From positions 1 to 49,564 of the forward strand of contig JBDTNA010000001.1 of NCBI GenBank assembly GCA_039933985.1: a DNA stretch of 49,564 bases, given 5' to 3'. Made by a program: the position numbers and the translations under genes. The first letter of the stretch is position 1. The number at the start of each line of letters is the position of its first letter. This stretch comes from Gemmatimonadales bacterium. GTDB lineage: Bacteria; Gemmatimonadota; Gemmatimonadetes; Gemmatimonadales; Gemmatimonadaceae. Below are positions 9,736 through 18,254 of the stretch, one piece after another. The notes beneath the pieces were generated by a model. That model ran no database searches and had not been told where the DNA came from. It worked only from the letters and a program-made list of their open reading frames with translations.

Positions 9736-10524
9736 CTATTCGCTGAGGGTGGGAAGCTCGAAGCTCATTCCAGGTTCCAGGATACGTACATCTGCATTCC
9801 GTGCATGACCGGGCAGGACGTCTTTCAGCTGCTCGATTGCATCATGGGCCTTCGAGGTCACGTGATTGAACGTTCCCCAATGGTACGGGATGAAATACCG
9901 GGCATTGAGCCGGTCGAACAGGGTTAACGCATCGGTGGTAGTCAGATGTCCTTTGCGAAATGCCTGAAGCTTCCACCGCGGAGCATGTCCAATCGGCAGC
10001 AGTGCTATATCCAGTCTTCGGCCGTGCGGAGAGACATAGTCGTCGACCATCTTCGTGCTTTCCGGGGTGAGCGCAGTATCTCCGGCAAAGAAACACGATA
10101 CAGATTTAGTATCAAATAGATACATATTAGCCGCTCCGCGCCAGCGATCGACGCCGTACCGATGCCCTTTGTGGGTAGCTGATGCAGCCCGGACTTCGAC
10201 GTCGCCGGTAGCTACGGTTTCCCCGGCTTCGAGGCTTGTTGCCTTGCTGTACCCGCGCCTCTTGAGCCATCGGGCGATAGCCGGAGGCGCAAAGATAGGA
10301 ACCCCCTGACGCAGGCCATCCAGCGATTCGAACGACAGGTGGTCTGCGTGGGCGTGAGTGACAAAGACCGCGTCCAAATGTGGCAGCTTGTCGAGAGGGA
10401 TTCCCGGAGCACTGACCCTCGGAAGCAGCTTCCCCAGCGCCGGATCAAAATTGGGATCGGTGAGAAAAGTCTTCCCACCGATCTCAATTAGTAGCGTTGC
10501 GTGACCAATATAGGTTATCCGCAC
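9736..10524 (-). CDS. MBL-fold metallo-hydrolase (UlaG/NAPE-PLD-like)
   Basis: IGHAT, LTDP, THAHADH, FAGDT, LPIG, PYHWGTF. Confidence 0.88.
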   Translation of the reverse strand: MRITYIGHATLLIEIGGKTFLTDPNFDPALGKLLPRVSAPGIPLDKLPHLDAVFVTHAHADHLSFESLDGLRQGVPIFAPPAIARWLKRRGYSKATSLEAGETVATGDVEVRAASATHKGHRYGVDRWRGAANMYLFDTKSVSCFFAGDTALTPESTKMVDDYVSPHGRRLDIALLPIGHAPRWKLQAFRKGHLTTTDALTLFDRLNARYFIPYHWGTFNHVTSKAHDAIEQLKDVLPGHARNADVRILEPGMSFELPTLSE

Positions 10525-10539
10525 TCGCCTTCCGTGTTT

Positions 10540-12213
10540 CTATCCCGCCCTTCGGGCCTTGAGTCGCTCTCGTGCCAGCATCCACTGTTGCGGCAGCGCC
10601 GCGATGTTCTGCGCCGTGTAGTAGAGGTTGAGGCCCGAGGCCATGTTCGCCAGTACGAACGTCATCATTACCGGGAACATGTAGCTCATCATCTTCGCCT
10701 GTGGATTCGGCGGCGCGTTTCTCAAGCCGATCCACGACAGCACATACATCGAAATGCCCATCAGAACGGGCAGGATGTAGATCGGATCCTTTATCGAGAT
10801 GTCGGCAAGCCAGAGGAACGGAACACCACGGAATTCGATCGTGTTCTGAAAGACAAAGAAGAGCGCAAAGAGAATCGGCATTGGAATCAGCATCGGCAAA
10901 CAGCCAGACAAGGCTGTGAACGGGCTCGCCCCGGCCTCTTTATACACCTTCATCATTTCTTCCCGCTGCTTCTCCGGCTTGTCCTTGTACTTCGACTGCA
11001 CCTCAGCAAGCCTCGGCTGAATCTCCTGCATCTTCATGCTCGAGCGCATGGCACTTTGGTTGAGCGGCCATAGAGCAATGCGAATGAACACGCCGAACAG
11101 CACAAGAACCCAACCGTAGCTCAACTTCAGATTGTCGTGAACCCAGAGCAGAAGCTTGAGACACAGTGCTGCAATAGGGTTAACCACGGGCTGGAGGAAG
11201 CTCCAGCCGTATGGATTCACATGATCGAAATCACGACCCATCGCCAGCAGCTGTGTTGACTGCTGAGGTCCAACGTACATGTCGAAGGCAAACTTTCCGT
11301 CGCTGATCTCTTTTACGATGGTCGCTGATGCGGTAGTCGCGACTTTTGACGTTCGCGGTCCACCTACAAGCGTCATCTCCTTGAACGTGCTTCCGGCTGG
11401 ATTGATCAGGCCGATGACGAAATATTTGTTGCGAACTGCCGCCCAGGTCAGAGGTCCGGCCTCGAGTTTCTTCTCTCCCGGATCGAGTTTCGCAAACGGA
11501 ACTCCCCGGGCGTGATCGCGACTTGCCTTGAACGAATAGGAGAGGCTTCTGAGATCGCTCAGGGTGTCTGCCTCCGTCGCCGGGAGCCCCGAAGGCAGGT
11601 TCACGAGCAGGTAGCTCTGTCCTGTCGCTCCTTCGATTCTACCTCCAATGCGCACGACGTATTTATTCGGATCTACGTCGTACGAGAGCACGACCCCGAT
11701 ACCGTTTACGGTCGCACGATAGGTAAGAACTCGATCACCCGCAGCGTTATCCGCGCTAACCAGCTGAAACGGGATATTGCCGAGTGAAGTAGTCGTCCCG
11801 TTCGTCACGAGCGCGTATTGAAGCAGGGGCTGGTTAGGTGACTTGAGATTCACAGGACCACCGGCAGGAGTCAGGCTCTTGTAGTCGCGGAAGCTCACGG
11901 AAACCGGAGCTGCTCCGACATTCGTGAACTGATATGCCGAGGTCGCTGTTGTGACAGTTGTGAGCTCTGCCGTGCTGGTTGCCGGTAAAGCCGTCACAGG
12001 CGCGGCAGAGCTCGAGTCTGCCAGCGGTGCAACAGTCGCTGGTGCTATTTCACCGGCGGTCGTTTGGATTTTCTGCACTGCCGGCGGAGCAATTTTCTGC
12101 GCTGCTGCGGAAGTAGCTGAAGGAGTAGCCCGACGCGGTGTCGGGAAGAGCATCGGAGTTACCGCAACAATGATCGCGGTAAGAAGCAGTGCGATTGAGA
12201 GTCTTTTGTCCAT
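10540..12213 (-). CDS. yidC: Membrane protein insertase YidC
   Basis: N-terminal TM, periplasmic domain, GCLPMLIPMPI, FLWLADISIKDP, SGLNLYY; canonical operon position. Confidence 0.96.
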   Translation of the reverse strand: MDKRLSIALLLTAIIVAVTPMLFPTPRRATPSATSAAAQKIAPPAVQKIQTTAGEIAPATVAPLADSSSAAPVTALPATSTAELTTVTTATSAYQFTNVGAAPVSVSFRDYKSLTPAGGPVNLKSPNQPLLQYALVTNGTTTSLGNIPFQLVSADNAAGDRVLTYRATVNGIGVVLSYDVDPNKYVVRIGGRIEGATGQSYLLVNLPSGLPATEADTLSDLRSLSYSFKASRDHARGVPFAKLDPGEKKLEAGPLTWAAVRNKYFVIGLINPAGSTFKEMTLVGGPRTSKVATTASATIVKEISDGKFAFDMYVGPQQSTQLLAMGRDFDHVNPYGWSFLQPVVNPIAALCLKLLLWVHDNLKLSYGWVLVLFGVFIRIALWPLNQSAMRSSMKMQEIQPRLAEVQSKYKDKPEKQREEMMKVYKEAGASPFTALSGCLPMLIPMPILFALFFVFQNTIEFRGVPFLWLADISIKDPIYILPVLMGISMYVLSWIGLRNAPPNPQAKMMSYMFPVMMTFVLANMASGLNLYYTAQNIAALPQQWMLARERLKARRAG

Positions 12214-12423
12214 TTACGGGACCGGGTCGTAACCACCCGGCCGGAAGGGATGACATCGTGCGATCCGGCGGACCGCCAGCCAGCTACCTGAAATTGCGCC
12301 ATGCTTTTCGATCGCCTCGATGGCGTACGAAGAACAGGTTGGATAATAACGGCACGCTGCAGGAAACAGTGGAGAAATCCAGAGCTGATATCCACGAATC
12401 ACCAGCACGAGAGCACCTCTCAT
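12214..12423 (-). CDS. yidD: Membrane protein insertion efficiency factor YidD
   Basis: [30 protein letters not shown]. Confidence 0.96.
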   Translation of the reverse strand: MRGALVLVIRGYQLWISPLFPAACRYYPTCSSYAIEAIEKHGAISGSWLAVRRIARCHPFRPGGYDPVP

Positions 12424-12788
12424 GATTCCCGCATTTCTGACGAAAGCTCCTGCGCGATCTTCACGACCTCTGCTTCAAGCACATCGAAAGAAGTGTCATA
12501 AGCCGAAGCGTGGCTCCGCACGACAACATCTACGCTATTCAGCCGTGGAATGATTCTCGTCCGGACAAGCTCCTTCAAACGCCTTCTTAGACGGTTTCGC
12601 TCAACGATCGTATGTCGATGCTTTGCTACGATCACCGTCACCCTTGCATGCGAAAGCAGGGAGTCGGTAGCCCGAACGTCGAGGTGCTCGGTGCGTATCC
12701 GTCTCCCTGCTTTTTTTACCAGCTCGAGATCTGAACTCCGCGTCAGTCGTCGACTGCGCGGATATCCGTACCCCTTAGGCGCCGGCGT
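12420..12788 (-). CDS. rnpA: Ribonuclease P protein component; start probably non-canonical (ACG at 12788)
   Basis: RNR motif ([12 protein letters not shown]); conserved N-terminal YPRSRRL lies in frame upstream of the first GTG (12641); start coordinate inferred. Confidence 0.85.
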   Translation of the reverse strand, partial: TPAPKGYGYPRSRRLTRSSDLELVKKAGRRIRTEHLDVRATDSLLSHARVTVIVAKHRHTIVERNRLRRRLKELVRTRIIPRLNSVDVVVRSHASAYDTSFDVLEAEVVKIAQELSSEMRES

Positions 12789-12939
12789 ACTTGCTTGGCA
12801 GCCTTACGGTCAGCTGCTTCCTTCCCTTCTTCCGACGGCGGCTCAGAACCTCGCGACCCCACCGGGTTGACATTCTCTCCCGAAACCCGTGCGAGCGAAT
12901 ACGACGCTTGTTGCGGGGACGGTAGGTTGGCTTGCCCAT
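12775..12939 (-). CDS. rpmH: 50S ribosomal protein L34 (not in the ORF track)
   Basis: Hand translation [54 protein letters not shown]; GGAG SD upstream. Confidence 0.97.
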   Translation of the reverse strand: MGKPTYRPRNKRRIRSHGFRERMSTRWGREVLSRRRKKGRKQLTVRLPSKYAGA

Positions 12940-13046
12940 TTAGTACTCCAAAGTGCCGATTGAACTTGATTCGAAAACAGCCCCTAAACCTAATCGCTGA
13001 TAGCACATACAACAAGTCATCTACAGTAAAGCCGTATGGGGGCTGA

Positions 13047-13075
13047 TTGACTTTTCCACAATCATGGGCTACGGT
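13047..13075 (+). promoter_or_regulatory. Putative sigma70 promoter of dnaA with a DnaA box in its spacer
   Basis: TTGACT-N17-TACGGT; TTTTCCACA at 13052-13060 fits TTWTNCACA. Confidence 0.6.
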
Positions 13076-13086
13076 TTGCGTCCCCT

Positions 13087-14478
13087 ATGTCACTCACTCC
13101 CGCCGAAGCCTGGAAGCGCCTGCTCGACCGAGCTCGACAGGATATTCCAGACCAGACCTTCCGGACCTGGCTCGAGCCAACCGAAGCACTGAGCATCGAT
13201 GGCAATGTGATATCGGTCGGCGTGCCGGATCAATTCGCCGCCGATTGGAACGAATCAAAGCACGCCGAGTTGTTTTCCACATACGCCCCGATCGCGCTCG
13301 GCCACCCTATAAAAGTGGTTTTTCGGGTCAACGAAGAGCGGAAGAAACGTTCTCAGATGGATTTCTTTGTTGCGCCGCCACCCCCTTCTACCGCGACAGC
13401 AAAGAGCCAGAATACCGCCAATTTAGCGCAACTTAGCGACAGATACACGTTCGATCACTTTGTCATAGGAAAGTCGAACGAGCTTGCCGCGGCAGCCGCA
13501 GCAGCCGTCGCCCAGGCACCCGGCAAGGTTTACAACCCGCTTTTCATCTACGGCGATACCGGTTTGGGGAAAACTCACCTCATGCAGGCGATCGCTCATG
13601 ACATCATTTCAAGAAATCCACAAACTCGAATTACATTTGTCGGCACCGAGCAGTTCACTAATGAGCTCGTCTCAGCTATTCAGACCCGATCAAATGCGGC
13701 CTTTCGGCGCCAGTACCGGGAAACAGATCTCCTGCTTATCGATGATGTTCACTTCCTGAAGGGCAAGGAGGCGACACAGGAAGAGTTTTTCCACACGTTC
13801 AACGCGCTTTACGAAGCAGGACGACAAATCGTTCTGACAAGTGATCGGGCTCCCTCGGACATTCCCGGACTCGAGGGACGTCTTGTAAGCCGGTTCCAGT
13901 GGGGAATGGTTGCGGACATTGATCTTCCTGATTTTGAACATCGCGTTGCAATTCTCAAACAGAAATCCCATCTCGACCATCTCGAGCACACAATTCCTGA
14001 TGACGTTATTCGCTTCATCGCGGAAAATGTTAGATCAAGCGTTCGCGAGCTCGAAGGATCCATTATCAAGCTTCTCGCGTATGCCTCTCTAAAGCACCAG
14101 GACATTTCTGTAGACGTTGCCCGTGAAGCACTTAGAGACAAGTTGCGGGCCAATGAGAACTCAGGGGATCATGGTCAGCCGACTCTTTCGATTGCCAGTA
14201 TTCAGCAGATCGTAGCCCGTGAGTGGGGGGTCACTCCTGAGGGACTCCGTTCGAAGACGCGTACCAAGACTCTTACACTACCACGTCAGATTGCGATGTA
14301 TCTGGCTAGAAATCTTCTCGGAACACAACTGGTGGAGATTGGCAACGCTTTCGGCGGCCGAGATCACTCTACCGTCATCCACAGCATCGAAAAGATTACC
14401 ACCGCAACGAGTACTGATCCTGTTTTCAAAAGCCGCGTGGATAAGATTCAAATTGTGTTGGAAACACTGCGTACATGA
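13087..14478 (+). CDS. dnaA: Chromosomal replication initiator DnaA
   Basis: YNPLFIYG..GLGKTHL, LLIDD, QEEFFHTFN, VRELEG, GGRDHSTVIH. Confidence 0.98.
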   Translation: MSLTPAEAWKRLLDRARQDIPDQTFRTWLEPTEALSIDGNVISVGVPDQFAADWNESKHAELFSTYAPIALGHPIKVVFRVNEERKKRSQMDFFVAPPPPSTATAKSQNTANLAQLSDRYTFDHFVIGKSNELAAAAAAAVAQAPGKVYNPLFIYGDTGLGKTHLMQAIAHDIISRNPQTRITFVGTEQFTNELVSAIQTRSNAAFRRQYRETDLLLIDDVHFLKGKEATQEEFFHTFNALYEAGRQIVLTSDRAPSDIPGLEGRLVSRFQWGMVADIDLPDFEHRVAILKQKSHLDHLEHTIPDDVIRFIAENVRSSVRELEGSIIKLLAYASLKHQDISVDVAREALRDKLRANENSGDHGQPTLSIASIQQIVAREWGVTPEGLRSKTRTKTLTLPRQIAMYLARNLLGTQLVEIGNAFGGRDHSTVIHSIEKITTATSTDPVFKSRVDKIQIVLETLRT

Positions 14479-14693
14479 TCGATCATCACATATGAATGGG
14501 AACAATTCCAAGAAACAGTTTCAACCGCCAACATTCTTCCACACCCCAACTCAATAGCGGAAGTTCACTGAATTGAATAACTTCTGCGCTTCATCAACAA
14601 TCTCCACAGCTCCTACTACGACTACTGTTTAGTTCTTTAGATAAATAGTTGTAGTACAACAGGGAAAACTGTCCACACGGGAAGAAATTCGGG
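14479..14693. other. Replication origin oriC (dnaA-dnaN intergenic region)
   Basis: DnaA-box-like 9-mers at 14535, 14591, 14600 and 14669; tandem boxes followed by gctc and CTA-type DnaA-trio repeats (14613-14627); AT-rich core. Confidence 0.8.
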
Positions 14694-15806
14694 ATGCGCC
14701 TAACAATCTCTCGAGAGAAGCTTCAGGAAGGGTTGAACGCAGTCGCTGCGAGCATCCCCGGCAAGACGACGCTTCCAGTCCTGGCCAATATCCTTGTTGA
14801 AACGACCGATCGAGGGATTAAGCTCTCGGGAACGGATCTGGATATCGCCGTCAGTACGGAAGTAGCCGCGGATGTTGAAACTCCTGGGGCGGTTACGATC
14901 CCAGCGAAAAAACTGACTGAGATAGCAAGAGAGCTCCCGCCGGCACCGGTTCGAATTGCTGCTATTGGAGAGCAGAGGATTACGCTCGAATGTGGCAGGT
15001 CGAAGTTCAAGCTTCTAGGATTACCGCGGGATGAGTTTCCAACTTTTCCTTCTGTAAAGTTCGATGAAAGCTGGCGGATCAAATCAGGAGATCTTCAAAA
15101 GCTGATTTCACATACGGCCTTTGCCGTTTCGACTGAAGAAAGCCGGCCGATTCTGAATGGTGTGTTATGGGAGTTACGACCTGATCGAATGAGCATGGTT
15201 GCAACGAACGGACATCGTTTGGCCAAGATGGTTGTCTCGATAACATCGGATTCAGCCCCCTCAAATGACCTGATTGTTCCACCCAAGGCGCTCGAGCAGG
15301 TACGGCGTCTTTTTCCCGCGGAAGAAGAGCTTGAAATAGGACGTGGTGAAAATCATCTCGGTTTTCGATCGCCATTTACTTCCGTCTATACGCGGTTGAT
15401 TGAAGGACCATATCCGAATTACGAACAGGTCATTCCCAAAGACAATGATCGAATTGCAATTGCTGACAAGGCAGCTCTTGTAAGCGCGTTGAAGCGTATG
15501 TCAGTAGTGGCATCGGACCAGACTCACAGAATTCGTCTTTCGTTCAATTCGGGAATGCTGAAATTCAGCGTCCAGACACCAGATCTTGGAGAAGCCCAGG
15601 ACGAGCTTCCTGTGAGATTTACGGGAGACCAGCTCGATATTGGATTCAATGCCGCCTATCTGCTGGAGATTCTGCGCTATATCCCGACAGACGAAGTGAA
15701 AATCACGCTCAAGGCACCTGAAAGGGCGGCGACGCTCGAGCCAGAAGGCTGGTCGGATCCGGCATCGTACCTGTGTCTTGTGATGCCGTTGCGCCTGGTA
15801 GACTGA
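14694..15806 (+). CDS. dnaN: DNA polymerase III beta sliding clamp
   Basis: GTDLD, RPILNG, ATNGHRLA, RLIEGPYPNYEQVIP, IGFNAAYL, LVMPLR. Confidence 0.98.
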   Translation: MRLTISREKLQEGLNAVAASIPGKTTLPVLANILVETTDRGIKLSGTDLDIAVSTEVAADVETPGAVTIPAKKLTEIARELPPAPVRIAAIGEQRITLECGRSKFKLLGLPRDEFPTFPSVKFDESWRIKSGDLQKLISHTAFAVSTEESRPILNGVLWELRPDRMSMVATNGHRLAKMVVSITSDSAPSNDLIVPPKALEQVRRLFPAEEELEIGRGENHLGFRSPFTSVYTRLIEGPYPNYEQVIPKDNDRIAIADKAALVSALKRMSVVASDQTHRIRLSFNSGMLKFSVQTPDLGEAQDELPVRFTGDQLDIGFNAAYLLEILRYIPTDEVKITLKAPERAATLEPEGWSDPASYLCLVMPLRLVD

Positions 15807-15851
15807 AGATCATTTAGAAACAAGGTGATACTAAATATTGTAGTATCACAA

Positions 15852-16742
15852 TTAGTCCTGGATTAGTTTCTCCGCCGTCGTGTTCTCCTTGACAAGTTGT
15901 TTGAATTGCCGAGCACGGCCTGCTGTGACGATGACGTCCGAGTGTTGCTCGCTGTCTGAACTGAGAAGCGCCCCCGACATGCGGTCAACGTAGATTTTCG
16001 CAGCTCCTGTCCCTTCGTTCCTGATCACGATGCGATGTTGGTTTTCCGAACCCTCTGCGGTGGAGAGGGTTTTTTCGGTGCGATCGATGACAATTGCCGG
16101 CCGCCCAGCGAACTCTGTCTCTCCGATCACCCGGTAGCTCCGAACGGATACAGTGATCGTGGGGATCGATCCACTGCACCCGGCCGCTGTAGTACTGTCT
16201 TTCCACATCATTCCCTGGCTGAGCTGTGCTGGCAGAATGATGATGTTTCGTTGAACAATGCTCAGTGCCGATACCGCTGGATTCGAGCATTGTATCGTCT
16301 GTTCGCTGGGTTGTCCGTTGAATGCGTCGAGGACGACGGTGCCGTTCTGAATATGACCGGTGAACGTGATTGGAAATGTTGGCAGTACAGCCGGCTGTCC
16401 AATACGTGCCGATACTTCGGTAGTAAGTGCTTCGATTGAACCGAGGAAAGAAGTGGATCCGGAAGCACTTCCGGTTAAGAGGCTGAAGCGAGCTCGCTGG
16501 GTAATGGTTTCACGGGTAGTTCCTGAATCTGAGACGAGCTCGAGTGAAACGGTCGCAGATGATGAGTATCTACGAGGCTCCGTCGCCGGAATGATAGTCC
16601 AGGTCCGATTTGAAGAGGTTGATGACAGCGTTGTTGGAGCAGTGGTGCCAGGAGCGGGCTGTATGACTGGCTCAGGTGGGCCTGCTGCCCGGCTGCATCC
16701 AATGACAAGAAGGGGCAGCACCAGCTGCGAGTATCTGTTCAC
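15852..16742 (-). CDS. Hypothetical lipoprotein
   Basis: Long ORF; likely GTG start at 16742 gives a signal peptide with lipobox VIGC; Pro/Thr linker then beta-rich domain. Confidence 0.65.
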   Translation of the reverse strand: MNRYSQLVLPLLVIGCSRAAGPPEPVIQPAPGTTAPTTLSSTSSNRTWTIIPATEPRRYSSSATVSLELVSDSGTTRETITQRARFSLLTGSASGSTSFLGSIEALTTEVSARIGQPAVLPTFPITFTGHIQNGTVVLDAFNGQPSEQTIQCSNPAVSALSIVQRNIIILPAQLSQGMMWKDSTTAAGCSGSIPTITVSVRSYRVIGETEFAGRPAIVIDRTEKTLSTAEGSENQHRIVIRNEGTGAAKIYVDRMSGALLSSDSEQHSDVIVTAGRARQFKQLVKENTTAEKLIQD

Positions 16743-16776
16743 TGTGTCGAATGATCCGTATCTATGAGAAATACAA

Positions 16777-16808
16777 CAGCCCTTCACGGAAAACTCCGTA
16801 AAGGGCTG
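16777..16808 (-). terminator. Intrinsic terminator downstream of rnpB
   Basis: cagcccttcacgga-aaac-tccgtaaagggctg hairpin followed on the minus strand by ttgtatttct. Confidence 0.65.
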
Positions 16809-16818
16809 CTGCATATCA

Positions 16819-17189
16819 AGCGATCGGTCTATAAGCCGGGTTCTGTCCGATGAAAACCATCGGGACGGTCATTTCTCTCGGAACACGATCACTCGTGTTC
16901 TCCAGCAGCCTACCCGCGGCGTCTTGATCGAGGTGGGTGCTCTCGCCGCATACTTGGCCTTGCTCCAGCTGGGGTTTACCATGCCGATTGTGTTGCCACA
17001 ATCGCGGTGAGCTCTTACCTCACCTTTTCACCCTTGCCTCATGCGAGGCGGTTTGTTTTCTGTGGCACTTTCCGTCACTGCATTTGATTGCAGTGCCCAG
17101 GCGTTACCTGGCAGCTATTCCCATGGAGCCCGGACTTTCCTCGAATTAATATCATAAAGATACTAATGCGCGACCATCCGACCGATCAT
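16819..17189 (-). ncRNA. rnpB: RNase P RNA (bacterial type A)
   Basis: Minus strand has GAGGAAAGTCCGGGCTC, GAAAGTGCCACAGAAAA, GGGTGAAAAGGTGAGGTAAGAGC, GGTAAACCCC, GGAGCAAG and ACAGAACCCGGCTTA; P1 pairing gatcggtc/gaccgatc; ends approximate. Confidence 0.97.
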
Positions 17190-17201
17190 TTGTGCTACCC
17201 T

Positions 17202-17207
17202 AATATA
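17202..17207 (-). promoter_or_regulatory. Putative -10 element of the rnpB promoter
   Basis: TATATT about 12 nt upstream of the RNA 5' end. Confidence 0.45.
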
Positions 17208-17336
17208 TACACTCGAGCGAACCGCTACGGACCTTTCATCTGACCGCCCGCCAATGAATCGCTGACGGACAGGTGACGCACTGTTTCTATAATGCGAGCG
17301 TCGATGGGCCACCCCCTCTCCCCTCAGGAGACGCTC

Positions 17337-18248
17337 ATGTTGCGAGAAACAAAACCACCTTCGAACAAGCTCATGCCGGTGTCCACCATTCTCACTCCGG
17401 GTGAGCGATTGCGTGTAGACGCAGCGGCCGAAGGTCTTTATGCCGCACTACACCGTGAATCGTTTGACGAAGTACTCGCAGACCTGCGCGAAAGGCGCGC
17501 AGGCGCCGTTCTCATCTCGATCACACGCTATGGGCTTCAGAGCAGCGCGAGAATGGCGGCAATGGTTCGGGAGTTTCCACGAGTGCCTGCAATGGCTCTC
17601 CTTACCGAAACTCAGTATTCGACCCCACAGCACCTTCTCGCGCTCGGACAGCTCGGAGTACGAATTCTCATCGACGCCCGGCAGCCTTCAGGGTGGCAGG
17701 CGCTACGAGACATTCTTGCTGCAGAGAAATCCAGCGATCTTCAGAGAACTGCTCTTGGGCAGCTGAGCTCGGACCTCTCAGGTGCAACAGCTGACTGCTG
17801 GAGATTTTTTGAGCTTCTCTTCAGTCACACACCCCAGATCCACACCGTGAGACAACTTTCGCGGCAGCTCCACATTCTGCCCAGCACCCTGATGAGCAGA
17901 TTCTTCCGGGCGAAACTTCCTCCTCCGAAGACATATCTCTCTCTCGCGCGGTTGATTCGCGCGGCCAAGCTCTTCGAGAATCCAGGACTTTCGGTGGCGA
18001 GTGTTGCAAACTATCTCGACTATTCATCACCCCAAAGCTTCGGACGTCACGTCAGAACAGTGATGCATATGTCTCCCGTAACATTTCGGGAAACATACGA
18101 TGGAGCAGGGATGCTTCAACATTTTCGCGGGCAGCTTATCCTGCCGTATGCGGAAACACTTCGATCATTTCGCCCAGCTGCAACATCACCAGGGTGGATT
18201 ACTCGCCAGAGAAATTATGAGCAGAAGATGGAAGAGAAGTCCCCTTGA
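17337..18248 (+). CDS. AraC-type HTH regulator with an N-terminal receiver-like domain
   Basis: C-terminal double HTH (SVASVANYLDYSSPQSFGRHVR); CAGGAG SD before ATG 17337; TATAAT at 17288-17293. Confidence 0.8.
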   Translation: MLRETKPPSNKLMPVSTILTPGERLRVDAAAEGLYAALHRESFDEVLADLRERRAGAVLISITRYGLQSSARMAAMVREFPRVPAMALLTETQYSTPQHLLALGQLGVRILIDARQPSGWQALRDILAAEKSSDLQRTALGQLSSDLSGATADCWRFFELLFSHTPQIHTVRQLSRQLHILPSTLMSRFFRAKLPPPKTYLSLARLIRAAKLFENPGLSVASVANYLDYSSPQSFGRHVRTVMHMSPVTFRETYDGAGMLQHFRGQLILPYAETLRSFRPAATSPGWITRQRNYEQKMEEKSP

Positions 18249-18254
18249 ACACCT

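Noticed and set aside
12743-13015. 90-aa ORF spanning rpmH, suggesting a Thermus-style long rnpA
   Set aside because: It is in neither the L34 nor the RnpA frame and stops at 12743; the RnpA frame has a TAA inside rpmH
13787-13795. Perfect DnaA box inside dnaA
   Set aside because: Explained by the conserved FFHT codons; no independent support for function
16816-17149. ORFs 16816-17001 (-) and 16937-17149 (+)
   Set aside because: They lie within the RNase P RNA gene
17241-17278. Repeated TGAC(G) units between rnpB and the AraC-type gene
   Set aside because: Too short and irregular to distinguish from chance without comparative data
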